Shown: positions 11,281-20,700 of the stretch, one piece after another
Layout: each line of letters opens with the position of its first letter
How positions within the stretch are numbered: position 1 is the first letter of the stretch
NCBI GenBank assembly: GCA_963843555.1
Contig: CAWJKV010000003.1
Location: forward strand, 96,001-160,000
Length of the DNA stretch: 64,000 bases
Reading direction: 5' to 3'
Source: an uncultured Methanosarcinales archaeon
Lineage (GTDB): Archaea > Halobacteriota > Methanosarcinia > Methanotrichales > Methanotrichaceae
Notes under the pieces: model-generated
What the model was told of the DNA's origin: nothing
The model's input: the letters and a program-made list of their open reading frames with translations, nothing else
Database searches by the model: none
Program-made: the position numbers and the translations under genes

Positions 11281-11955
11281 CTATGTTATGTGGTTATTGA
11301 GATAATCCAGCAAATTATCAAAACTCTTCGCTAGTTCCCCTCCTTTTTTTGTCTCTTCATTGTAAGCAAGGAAGTTGTATAGTTTTGTTTGCTCATCATA
11401 CCATCTTTGTTCAAGTCTATGCTCATCACAATTTTTGATATTGTTTTTAATCTTTTTTGTTGTAGCTTCAATTTCCATTTGAAACTTATCTGCTTCCTTT
11501 TGTTGTTTGCTAATATCGTCAGTTTTGGTTTTTAAATCATCGGAGTAAGGAAATGCCAAGCTAATTGAGCCAATAATAACCCATAAATCTCGATTGGCTT
11601 TAGCTAATTCCAATTCGTATTCATCACTTTTTTTGATTGAATCCCAATACTTTTCAAGAGATTGCGTATACTTTTTTTTGCTATCTGCGTCCGTTGATTT
11701 CTCTAATAATTCGCACCTACAATCCAAAAAACCACTTCTCATATTAAAAGCAAATAAAGAGCCGTATAAGCCTAACATAAGTGATTTTTGGCCTTTTAAT
11801 TGGCTAAAGAGTTGTTGCCGGTTCTTTCGAAAATCGGTTTCGATTTTTTGTCCCTCTATTTTGTATGTAACGATACCTGTAACCAAGCCGCCAACTAAGG
11901 CACCAAGGATGCCAGCAGCTCCAGAGATAACTTCAGGTTGTACCATATATAACAT
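11281..11955 (-). CDS. Hypothetical AT-rich protein with N-terminal membrane anchor and charged helical body
   Basis: 224-aa ORF, TM segment AAGILGALVGGLVTGIVTY, Lys/Glu-rich remainder, visibly AT-rich relative to flanks. Confidence 0.7.
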   Translation of the reverse strand: MLYMVQPEVISGAAGILGALVGGLVTGIVTYKIEGQKIETDFRKNRQQLFSQLKGQKSLMLGLYGSLFAFNMRSGFLDCRCELLEKSTDADSKKKYTQSLEKYWDSIKKSDEYELELAKANRDLWVIIGSISLAFPYSDDLKTKTDDISKQQKEADKFQMEIEATTKKIKNNIKNCDEHRLEQRWYDEQTKLYNFLAYNEETKKGGELAKSFDNLLDYLNNHIT

Positions 11956-12339
11956 CTTAGTCTATATGTACTAAAATATTTCTACATATCCTGGCTCGCA
12001 GGTGCAATAGACATGAGCAGCATCCTTTAGCTAGTCAAATTTTCCTTTTTTTGATTATCAAATTTAACGTATTAATCCTGAAAGCATGAACCCTAAGCTG
12101 GTCACCTCTTTAGTTACACCTTCTCCGAGATATTCATTGAGCCCTGAAATGTGCCGCAAGATTACGTTTTTATGTGAGAATTAGTTCTGGTACATTTTGC
12201 ATAAAATTTTTCACAATGACGTAGAACTATTTCCAGTTTTTACGCTCCCCGGCTGTAAGTTACTATACTGTCTTTTTTGTCTGGAGGCGGTTCTGCGAAG
12301 GTCTGGAAATGGAAAAGAAAGCCCTAACATATTTATATA

Positions 12340-12530
12340 AACATCCTTCTAGTCTCAAATCCTTTGAGGTAATTCTCCCAATTGAGTCTCATTGAGAACT
12401 GACCGGACCTCATCGGCATGCTGCTATCTTCAAAGCTCGTCCCGCGTTTGAGTCGATGAGGTTAGTCAATCGCCCCACCAATCCAGAGACTTCTTTTTCA
12501 ATTCCAGTGAAGCATCATTTTCTATGAACT
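12340..12530 (-). pseudogene. Decayed copy of the antitoxin-3'/PIN-toxin-5' junction of the 12720-13342 TA module
   Basis: ggacctcatcggcatgctgct...cgtttgagtcgatgaggt..tcaatcgc.ccaccaatccag.gac matches 13070-13200 with substitutions and deletions. Confidence 0.8.
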
Positions 12531-12531
12531 A

Positions 12532-12682
12532 GCCTGCCGAGGGCTTCATGGATATAGGCTGCAGGGTGCCGGACTCGCATGTGGGCAAGCGCTCGCGGGC
12601 GCGAGCGGCCAAGGGACTGGCAGCGACGGTGCAGAGCAGGATGGCGGGGGCGAATGTGGCCAGGGAGATAGAGAGGGCAATG
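12532..12682 (+). repeat. Direct repeat R2 of the truA 3' end
   Basis: 56-bp stretch 12605-12660 identical to truA 10854-10909; still encodes RARAAKGLAATVQSRMAGANVAR. Confidence 0.95.
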
Positions 12683-12719
12683 AGGCAGTGTGACGAAACC
12701 GCGAGAACAGAGTGTCGCT

Positions 12720-13139
12720 TCAATTATAATCTGCTTTTTCGGCCATGATCATTGCCGGCGTTTTTCTTTGAATATTGGTTGAGTCGAAGTCCTTGTCGAA
12801 GCTCACAAGTATTAGATCATTATTTCGTGCTGCAACATATTGATACGCATCGTCGAAATCCAGATCCTGCTCTCTCATTGCAGATAATAAATCCCGCAGA
12901 TCTGCAAGGCTCAATGCGATTCTCTTGACTCCAGTCTCCTCTAAAAGATCCGATAGAAAAGCTGCAAATACATCTTCCTTTTTCAGGCGAGAAGTTATTA
13001 TTCCAATTGAATAGAGCGTGAATTCCGTTAGAGATATTTCGTCCAACTGAACCATCTGCAAGAACTTGCGGACCTCATCGGCATGCTGCTGCCTTAAGAG
13101 TAATTCTAGCCATACGTTTGAGTCGATGAGGTAGCTCAA
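12720..13139 (-). CDS. PIN-domain (VapC-like) toxin
   Basis: YLIDSNVWLE, LDFDDAYQY, LVSFDKDFD acidic PIN motifs; TTG start overlaps the antitoxin TGA. Confidence 0.9.
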   Translation of the reverse strand: MSYLIDSNVWLELLLRQQHADEVRKFLQMVQLDEISLTEFTLYSIGIITSRLKKEDVFAAFLSDLLEETGVKRIALSLADLRDLLSAMREQDLDFDDAYQYVAARNNDLILVSFDKDFDSTNIQRKTPAMIMAEKADYN

Positions 13140-13342
13140 TCGCTCCACCAATCCAGGGACTTTTTCTGCAATTCAAGAGAAGTATAATTTTCTTTGAACT
13201 CGGCCAATCCGCCCGCCCAGTCAAACCGTAGCTTTTTGCGCTTGGGTTTGCTCTTTTTTTCAGCGAGGTATTGGGCGAAATCCAGAACCTCTTGCTGGTG
13301 TTGGGAGGAAAGTTTGGCCATAAGTTCGCGGATCTGCTCCAT
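13136..13342 (-). CDS. Putative antitoxin, DUF2281-like
   Basis: 68 aa, QQEVLDFAQYL..K, FDWAGGL, ELQKK..DW; coupled upstream of the PIN gene. Confidence 0.85.
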   Translation of the reverse strand: MEQIRELMAKLSSQHQQEVLDFAQYLAEKKSKPKRKKLRFDWAGGLAEFKENYTSLELQKKSLDWWSD

Positions 13343-13446
13343 AGATGTATTTTGGAGGCTTATGGATGATATAATTTCCTATTTGCATCACACAACGCGG
13401 ACCTGAGCACCAGAAGTCTTGCCTAGCTGAACGGGGGATTCAGGCA

Positions 13447-13627
13447 GCCTGCCGAGGCCCCCATCCTCATGGATGCAGGCCACCAGGGGCTGGACTCGCA
13501 TGTGCACGAGCCCTCCCGGGCGCGGGCGGCCAGGGGGCTGGCCAGCGACGGTGCAGAGCAGGATGGCGGGGGCGAACGTGGCCCGGGAGATCGGGCGGGC
13601 GATGGGATTGGATGCGGGGGATTAGGA
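13447..13627 (+). repeat. Direct repeat R3 of the truA 3' end (includes stop-codon context)
   Basis: gcctgccgagg..atcctcatgga...gcgacggtgcagagcaggatggcgggggcgaa...ttggatgcgggggattagga aligns to 10773-10954. Confidence 0.95.
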
Positions 13628-13696
13628 CGATCTGGTCTAGCAAGGCGAGAGCATAGATGCAAAGATATACTAAACATCAGCATAACATTAGAACAT

Positions 13697-13948
13697 ATGA
13701 GCGAGATAGTTTTGCAGGTGCCGGATGATGCATTACTGGCCCTGAAGATGTCCCCGGATGAATTAGGAAAGGAGCTAAGGTTGGCAGCTGCCGTGAAGCT
13801 CTTTGAATTGGGAAAACTATCATCAGGGGCGGCAGCCAGATTGGCAGGAATACCAAGAACGCTCTTCCTTGCTAAACTTGCGAACTACGGTGTTGATACC
13901 TTTCGCCTGACAGAAGAAGACCTCACGGCGGAGGCACCTCTTGTCTGA
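13697..13948 (+). CDS. UPF0175-family putative antitoxin
   Basis: ATG 13697; ELRLAAAVKLFELGKLSSGAAARLAGIPR..FL..L..YGV HTH-like signature. Confidence 0.88.
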   Translation: MSEIVLQVPDDALLALKMSPDELGKELRLAAAVKLFELGKLSSGAAARLAGIPRTLFLAKLANYGVDTFRLTEEDLTAEAPLV

Positions 13949-14426
13949 AGTCATATGCAATACATCGCCTTTGCAGTATTTGCATCAGATAGGTCAACTA
14001 AGTATCCTCCAGGCTCTTGTCGGATCTATTATCGTTCCTCCTGCCGTCCTAATTGAACTGGATGCTGGTATGGCAAAAGGACTGGACCTACCACAACCTG
14101 AGAACCTCAAATGGGTCAGAATACAAGCACCTGTCAGCGCCCGGGCCGCATCTCTAATAACAGATCTCGGACCTGGAGAATCCCAGGTACTAATGCTGGC
14201 CCTTGAAATGCCCGGAAGCATTGCACTTCTGGATGATGCACTGGCACGCCGCGTGGCCATAGCAAATGGAATACCGATTAAGGGCACTTTAGGATTGCTT
14301 CTGGACGCAAAACGTGTGGGCCACCTAAATGCGGTGGAGCCTTCTCTTGATAAGCTCCAGGAGCTGGGCTTCCGCCTCTCTCAACAGACACGGGAAGCTG
14401 TATTGAAGCTGGCTGGAGAGTCATAG
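13941..14426 (+). CDS. DUF3368 PIN-like toxin
   Basis: VICNTSPL, LGPGESQVL.LA, LLDDALARRVA, GTLGLLL.AK; overlaps the UPF0175 gene. Confidence 0.88.
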   Translation: MSEVICNTSPLQYLHQIGQLSILQALVGSIIVPPAVLIELDAGMAKGLDLPQPENLKWVRIQAPVSARAASLITDLGPGESQVLMLALEMPGSIALLDDALARRVAIANGIPIKGTLGLLLDAKRVGHLNAVEPSLDKLQELGFRLSQQTREAVLKLAGES

Positions 14427-14479
14427 GGACTCTCACGATCTTTGGTGATGGCGATTTAATCTATAGGATATGGTCTTAT

Positions 14480-14629
14480 GGGCTGCCCGAGTCTGGACTC
14501 ACATGTGCACGAGCCCTCACGGGCGCGGGCGCCGGGGGGTCTGGCGGCAACGGTGCAGAGCAGGATGGCCGGGGCGAATGTGGCCGGGAGATGGAGAAGG
14601 CGATGGGATTGGATGCGGGGGATTAGGAA
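14480..14629 (+). repeat. Direct repeat R4 of the truA 3' end
   Basis: ctggcggcaacggtgcagagcaggatggccggggcgaatgtggcc...ttggatgcgggggattaggaa; translates GLAATVQSRMAGANVA. Confidence 0.93.
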
Positions 14630-14942
14630 AGCCGCGTTATCGGCACATTTTCTTTCTGATAAGTCATAAGAATACAAATATCACACTTTATCGCGGTTGG
14701 ATATGATAACGGTTCTCAATTATACCTTTGTTTACAATAATTTAAACGCCTATACCGCATACAAAATACATACAATACAACTTTTTTTTGATAGCTACCA
14801 GTTATTATTATCCGTTATTATTAGTGCAACTCGAGTTTTAACTTCTGCATTTTTGATTCATAAATGTAATAAGATATCAGTAGAACTATCCTTAATTCTT
14901 AGGAACAGTTAAATACTATTATGAAAGATCCTTGATTGTAAA

Positions 14943-15018
14943 ATTGGATGAAATTTGCCTAAGTGATTTGCATATTGGATGAAACTCTCTAATATAGTCA
15001 CTATTGGATTATCCAATA
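14943..15018. promoter_or_regulatory. Putative transcription-factor operator array upstream of the pilin-like gene
   Basis: ATTGGAT at 14943, 14974 and 15003; perfect palindrome TATTGGAT-T-ATCCAATA at 15002-15018. Confidence 0.55.
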
Positions 15019-15065
15019 TGGCATATACTTAAGACAAAATTCGGCCACATCAAGGAGGGAGAATA

Positions 15066-15569
15066 ACGAACAAATTAATAAAATTATATTTGACCATCGC
15101 TTTGGTCGCGATGGTATCGCTGGTAGCATCAGCATCTGCATCGTCTTTGACTCTGTCCGCGACTATGCCTCAAATTCTCTCGGTTCAATTTCCTGCATCT
15201 AATAACTTCGGGGATTTGATTCCGGGTAATACAGTCACGGCGGGTAACCAGGTTCATATCGAAGGCAACTGCTATTGGGCTTTATCTGTCTATGCCCAGG
15301 ATGACGGATACGGACACCACGGATATCTGACGCAGCAACACCCATCATCTATGCATGACTGGATACGTAATCCTGTATCTATGTACATCCCTACGTATGG
15401 GATAGGTCCAACGTCTCTTGAGTATTATTATAATTATAGCCCAATATCGGTTACGAGTGGCTTTGGTCCCATGGATATATACTATCAGCTTTCAACGATG
15501 TCTTCAGGAAGCGAAGATTCCAGATATCCATACACCATTACACTGGATTTCGTCCTAACTGCACAATAA
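15066..15569 (+). CDS. Secreted pilin-like/WxL-like beta-sandwich subunit; start probably ACG 15066 (TTG 15090 is the alternative)
   Basis: SD aggaggga at 15053; signal peptide NKLIKLYLTIALVAMVSLVASASA; WALSV motif; C-terminal strand YTITLDFVL. Confidence 0.7.
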   Translation, partial: TNKLIKLYLTIALVAMVSLVASASASSLTLSATMPQILSVQFPASNNFGDLIPGNTVTAGNQVHIEGNCYWALSVYAQDDGYGHHGYLTQQHPSSMHDWIRNPVSMYIPTYGIGPTSLEYYYNYSPISVTSGFGPMDIYYQLSTMSSGSEDSRYPYTITLDFVLTAQ

Positions 15570-15601
15570 GGCCAGCTGATGATTAAGTGATATGGACAAT
15601 C

Positions 15602-15646
15602 GAGCTGAGCCATTCCTGTATAAGGAAGCTCGGCTCAATTTTTTTA
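15602..15646 (+). terminator. Hairpin plus T-tract after the pilin-like gene
   Basis: gagctgagc-ca-ttcct gtata aggaa-gctcggctc followed by aattttttt. Confidence 0.6.
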
Positions 15647-15959
15647 AACACGATAATACTTGAAACCCTCAATAATCTATGCTATTTCACTTAAGATTTT
15701 GCAACTCAGAAAATTCTTGCACTATCAAGAGCGATGGTGGTTCAATTGAGAATTAGGAGAGATTTGAACTTCTCTTTACCATAAACTTATTAAAGTAGAA
15801 AGCAATATCTAATATAGCCTTCAAGGGTTAAATAAATGGTGAAAAGACGATATGGCATTAATCGATCGTGTTAAGCTGAATATATTACTACTAAAATGGC
15901 TGTAATTCAGATCGATTTAGCATATAAATTAGAAATTTATTTGAGAGGTGTATTAGAAG

Positions 15960-16778
15960 ATGATATTCAAAAGCGTGGTAGTAGCGCCTGCATTGAGTCT
16001 AGCTCTGATTTTGTTGGCTGTTATGCCTGCTTGTGCAAACCTTACACTGGTTGGAGCGAAATATGAGGCTAATGTTATTCCAGGACAGCATATTGAAGAT
16101 GAAATAGAATTAAACCTCGGGGCTGAAGATCTCCCTGTGGATATAATGACGGAAATTCTTGGTTTAGGCCAGAGTCCTAATGGAGTATATACCATGATCG
16201 AATCTGATCAGGACGATGGACTCTATTCAGCCAAGCCTTTCTTAAATATATCACCCTCTAATTTCCATCTCAATCCTGGTGAATCAAAAAAGATGCTGAT
16301 CAGCGGTGACGTGCCCTTGGACATTGGAGATGGGTCAAGATACGCTCTGGCTAGCATTCGAGGGATATCTAAAGGAAGCGGACCCGTAGGGGTATCACTG
16401 GTGCTTAATGTTCCTATCCTGCTCAATATCACTGGTTCTAAACTCTCCAAAACAGCCGATATTGTGGGCCTGGACACGAGCAAGCCGGTCAATAATAATT
16501 GGAAGAACGCAACGCTTACGCTAAAGAACACCGGAAATACCAATTATGCGACCATAGTTAAGGCTGTCATGAAAGATGGTGAAGGAAATGTCATTGCCAA
16601 TTCTACAACCATCAATCAAGTTCTCCCGCCAATATTACCTGGAAAGTTGAGGGAATATGCGCTTCAGCTCAAATCCAACCGGACAATTGAGCCTGGAAAT
16701 TATGCTCTGAATGCAACAGCCTACTTGGAAGACGGGACTGTTCTAGCCAGCAAAGAAACGGCATTTGATGTTGTTTAA
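15960..16778 (+). CDS. Secreted two-domain Ig-like protein, chaperone (PapD)/DUF916-like
   Basis: Signal peptide; IPGQHIEDEIELN, ISPSNFHLNPGESK, VSLVLNVPILLNITG, LKNTGNT, ILPGKLRE, PGNYAL. Confidence 0.7.
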   Translation: MIFKSVVVAPALSLALILLAVMPACANLTLVGAKYEANVIPGQHIEDEIELNLGAEDLPVDIMTEILGLGQSPNGVYTMIESDQDDGLYSAKPFLNISPSNFHLNPGESKKMLISGDVPLDIGDGSRYALASIRGISKGSGPVGVSLVLNVPILLNITGSKLSKTADIVGLDTSKPVNNNWKNATLTLKNTGNTNYATIVKAVMKDGEGNVIANSTTINQVLPPILPGKLREYALQLKSNRTIEPGNYALNATAYLEDGTVLASKETAFDVV

Positions 16779-16789
16779 TTTATACCATC

Positions 16790-17046
16790 GGGAGCGCTGA
16801 GGGTCACGAATACTCCGATCTTTAGGTGGGGATGAAGTGAACCCTCGCACAATTTTTCAGGCTCCATCAATCAATGAACCGTTAATCGTGGAATAAAGGG
16901 GATCCGAGCAATAGGACTCGATGATTTCTGGATTCCGGAAAACGGCGGCGTGCGGCCCGAAGCATACCCTGTCTTTCAATGCATTAGTTATATATATGAT
17001 AAGTAACTTACTCATATTATTATGTGTGTTTCAGTCTTGCCAGTTA
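16790..17046. mobile_element. Orphan IS200/IS605-type end / structured leader remnant (no tnpA or tnpB)
   Basis: Hairpin gagggtcac-gaatactccgatctttaggtggggatgaa-gtgaaccctc (16799-16846) with a CTTTAG loop typical of IS200/605 subterminal palindromes; no coding sequence follows. Confidence 0.55.
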
Positions 17047-17138
17047 TTAAAACCAACTCAATTAAATTTTGCTGTACTTCTTTAATTTATTATATAGCGG
17101 AATGGAGAAAGATCAGAATATAATCACCGAAAAACATT

Positions 17139-17747
17139 TTGATAGTATTGCATGGCAAAGGAAAAGGGGAAAAAATGGAGTACATGAAGGATCCAATAGA
17201 CTGGAAGGCTTCACATGGACTCAAATCATTTTTTTTCCTTATTATTATAATAATTCTCTTAACTGAAATCTGCTTTGCAGAACAAACACCAATCATTGAG
17301 GCCGCACCTGGGCAGCCTATCGGAAATGTATTGACTTTAGGCGGGGATTCTGGCGGGATTACGATTGGTGTATCTCCCATTATCTCAGATTGGATCCTGG
17401 ATCCAACTAAACCAATTTGCACCAGGGAAACCACCCTTGAGATAGATTGCAGAGGACCCTGGAGGATCACTGTCTCAGCAGATGTACCAGCTCAAGGTCA
17501 TCTGGCTGAATATGATACATCCAGCTCTGCCTATGTCCCTGACGGAATAAGGCTGAAAGACTCTATGATCGTCATTGCCAAAGGAGGAAACAGCGTCGAC
17601 CTCTCTCATGGGGGAGTGCTTCTGGACGGTGATGGAAGAGCTACTGTTCTATTGACTTTCATCCAGAAGGCATCCTTGGATGATAAATCTCTGCCCTCTG
17701 GCAATATTTATCAAATTAATATAATCTTTAAAGGATTAAAACTCTGA
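17139..17747 (+). CDS. Second secreted pilin-like/WxL-like subunit (start uncertain, ATG 17175 possible)
   Basis: Hydrophobic signal FFFLIIIIILLTEICFA; PWRITVS and GHLAEY parallel YWALSV and GYLTQ of the 15066 protein; ends GNIYQINIIF. Confidence 0.7.
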   Translation: MIVLHGKGKGEKMEYMKDPIDWKASHGLKSFFFLIIIIILLTEICFAEQTPIIEAAPGQPIGNVLTLGGDSGGITIGVSPIISDWILDPTKPICTRETTLEIDCRGPWRITVSADVPAQGHLAEYDTSSSAYVPDGIRLKDSMIVIAKGGNSVDLSHGGVLLDGDGRATVLLTFIQKASLDDKSLPSGNIYQINIIFKGLKL

Positions 17748-17751
17748 GGGC

Positions 17752-20700
17752 ATGATGATCCTTCTATCTAAAACGTTGGCCGGAATCTATCGCTCGCGGT
17801 ACTACTACAAATCGGCCCCGAAATGGATCTCTGCAAAGGGACAGGGAGGACTCAGCAAATGGGGAAAGCATGTATCCTCCTGGATTCAAGCCTTCATGGT
17901 CCTATCCGTATTATTTGCTCTCGCTGAAGCATCAGGTCATGATACTGACCTTTATACTATCCAAATTGACCTTCCCGCAGAGATCATCCATGATGTGATG
18001 ATCATTGATACTCTTCCAAGTGGGCTGGTATATAGTGCAGGCAGCTTGAAGGTGACAGGCGCTGCTACCAATATGTCGGAGACTATAGCCTATCCAAATG
18101 ATGGCAGTCAGCCTGTGACCATAACCTGGAGCTTTGGCGATCTGGACAATTCTGCAGACGAAGACATTTTGATTCAATTTCAGGTTTTGGTAGCTGATAC
18201 GGATCAGAACAGGGATGGAATGATTTTAGCGCCAAGCGTAGCGCTTCTCCAATGGAGGGATCAAGAGGGGTTTGCTCAATCCAGCAGCACCAAATCAACT
18301 GCCGTTAGGATCATTGAGCCCGACCTCCAGATAAAGCAGCGATTCATGCCTCCATCTGCAAAGATCGGGGAGACTGTGACCTGCACCATTTCTCTTTGCC
18401 ACATACCCAGCAGCCACTCAGATGCCTTCGATGCGGAGGTTGTAGAAAACCTTCCTCAAGGATTGATTTACACACCCGGTTCAATGGAGATAGTCGCCGG
18501 GCCCAAAGGGAGGTGTGATGATTCTAATAGCCAAGAGCTACGATGGCACTTTGATAAGATAGATATGTCTTGGGCAAAGACTACCGAGATCCAGCTTAGA
18601 TATAAAGCAACTGTTGATAAAGGAGCTAAGCAGGGTTCAACGCTAAACGGCACTGCTGATCTATCCTGGGCTAGCAGCGTGGGAATCTATCCCGAAAAGA
18701 GAACCTATTTCGAGACGGCTAGTGGAAGCATAACTATCGCTTCCACGCCACCGGCATTCGTCATAACCGTAGCGGATTATCCCAATCCCATTCGCCCCGG
18801 CGATGAACTAACTTATGCAATTAATTACAAAAATATAGGAGGCTATGCTCAAGGCGCCGCAATTCAGGCCACCTACGATCCCAAAGTCGCCTTCGTCTCC
18901 GCCGTCCCCGCGCCCGACCAGGGCTCGGACAGCCAGTGGACGCTGGGCGACCTCATGAACGGGGCTTCGGGCACAATCGAGGTTAAGTTGGGCACCGGAT
19001 CATCTTTAGCGGACGGAACCTTGCTCACCAGTTCGGCCAGGATCGCCGACCAGGACGGCGTTTCTGCCCAGGATACTGCCATCACCAGGGTCATGACCAC
19101 CGCTCCAAACCTCCAGATCGAGAAGGCGGCCTCCGATCGGTTCATCCGGCCGGGAGGCGCTCTCAACTACACCATAACCTACGGCAACTCCGGAAATACG
19201 GAGGCTGAAAATGTCACCATAACCGATCTCGTTGACGGCAACCTTGACTTTGATCCTGCCGACGCCACCCCAAGAGCTAGCAAGATCTGGAGGGATGCAG
19301 AGGGGACGCATCTGTGGTGGAACGCGAGCATCCTAAAATCCGAGAGGCTCTCGCCGGGCGGTTCAGGCAAAATAGATATTCGCGTAGGCCTGCCCCCAGT
19401 TCCCGAACATCCCCGGTTCGACTGGGTTTACAACAACTACAAGATCGATTCAGACCTGAGTGAGGGCAAGTTCAAGATGCTGGAGACTGCAGTTATCCAC
19501 TCCCTCTATGTGAGGAAGATGGCGGAGGCGCAGGCCTATTTTGCGAATGAGATGGTTAACTACACCATTATTTACGGAAACGACCTGGCACTTGATGCCG
19601 ATAGAGCGGTGGTGATGGATGTTCTCCCTGATCCGGAATTTATGGAGTTCATCGAGGCAAATCCGCAGCCAACCGCCATAAAGAATAACGTTTTGGTTTG
19701 GGCACTGGGCACAATTCCTCCCAAAAGCAGTGGAACCATCAAGGTCTATCTGAGAATCAAAGAGAACCATTCTGATATCCGATTCAGATCCACCCAATCC
19801 GTCTCCGGCCAGGGCTACGTCCATTTTGACCAGAGGCTGGACACTGCCCAAAAGCCCAACAGCCTGACCAATTTCGCCAACATTACCGCCAGCTACATGG
19901 GTATGCCCGAATCCGATGAAAGCTCTGCAACTATAATGCTTGCTGATGCCCTGGGAACGGCAGTAAGCATCGTAGGCCACGGCAGCGGAACATATTCCAG
20001 GGATGAGGAGTCCCAGCTCTACTCCAAGGACAAGACAATTCAGATGAAGACCAGCCTCAAAGAGAGATACCGGGCATCCACTTTCTCTCTGCCCCGGGGC
20101 AGGTCCATAAACTACGACTCCAAATGGTCTGAGGTCCAGAGCGCCGAGAACCGGGTGACCGGGGCCTCTATGATTGAGCGTTATACGTATGCCAGCAGAA
20201 TCGACCGAAATAGTACCTTGAGCCTGGACAAGAACGGCTCTATCCTTGCCTCAGATACATCCTTCGAGGGAGCGGGCCATGTAGGACTGACGAAGCGCTC
20301 CAACGCAAACCTTCCATATTCATTTCAGGGAGCTTTTACCTACGAGTCGCAGGAGGACTACCTGGGCAGCTTCAAGGTCTCCACCAAATTTGATGAGTAC
20401 GGCAAGAATGCCAAATCCAGCCGCTCTGCCTCAGGAGTGGGTTATGCTGCTTCCGACAAACGCATCGGCACGAGCCAGAGAAGCTACGAATCTGGAACAG
20501 GCAACTATCAGGTAGAGGATCGCATTGAAACTCAAACCAACTACCTGGCCAAATACATAAACGCCTCATATGGATCCCTGAAATACAACTACACTCAGGA
20601 TTTTAGAGTACCTCTTTCCCAGAAATGGAGCGAAGGCATGTGGTCCAGATCGGGCACTCTGCCCGTCAAGGATTCGAATAGCTCTGAGCCAGCCAGTTTC

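Noticed and set aside
13469..13696. Apparent 159-aa fusion ORF upstream of the UPF0175 antitoxin
   Set aside because: Chance read-through from repeat R3; the family sequence starts at ATG 13697
12532..14629. truA-tail repeats as a CRISPR array or DGR template/variable repeats
   Set aside because: Repeats are 150+ bp with kb-scale gene-containing spacers; no cas or reverse transcriptase gene; differences are not adenine-specific
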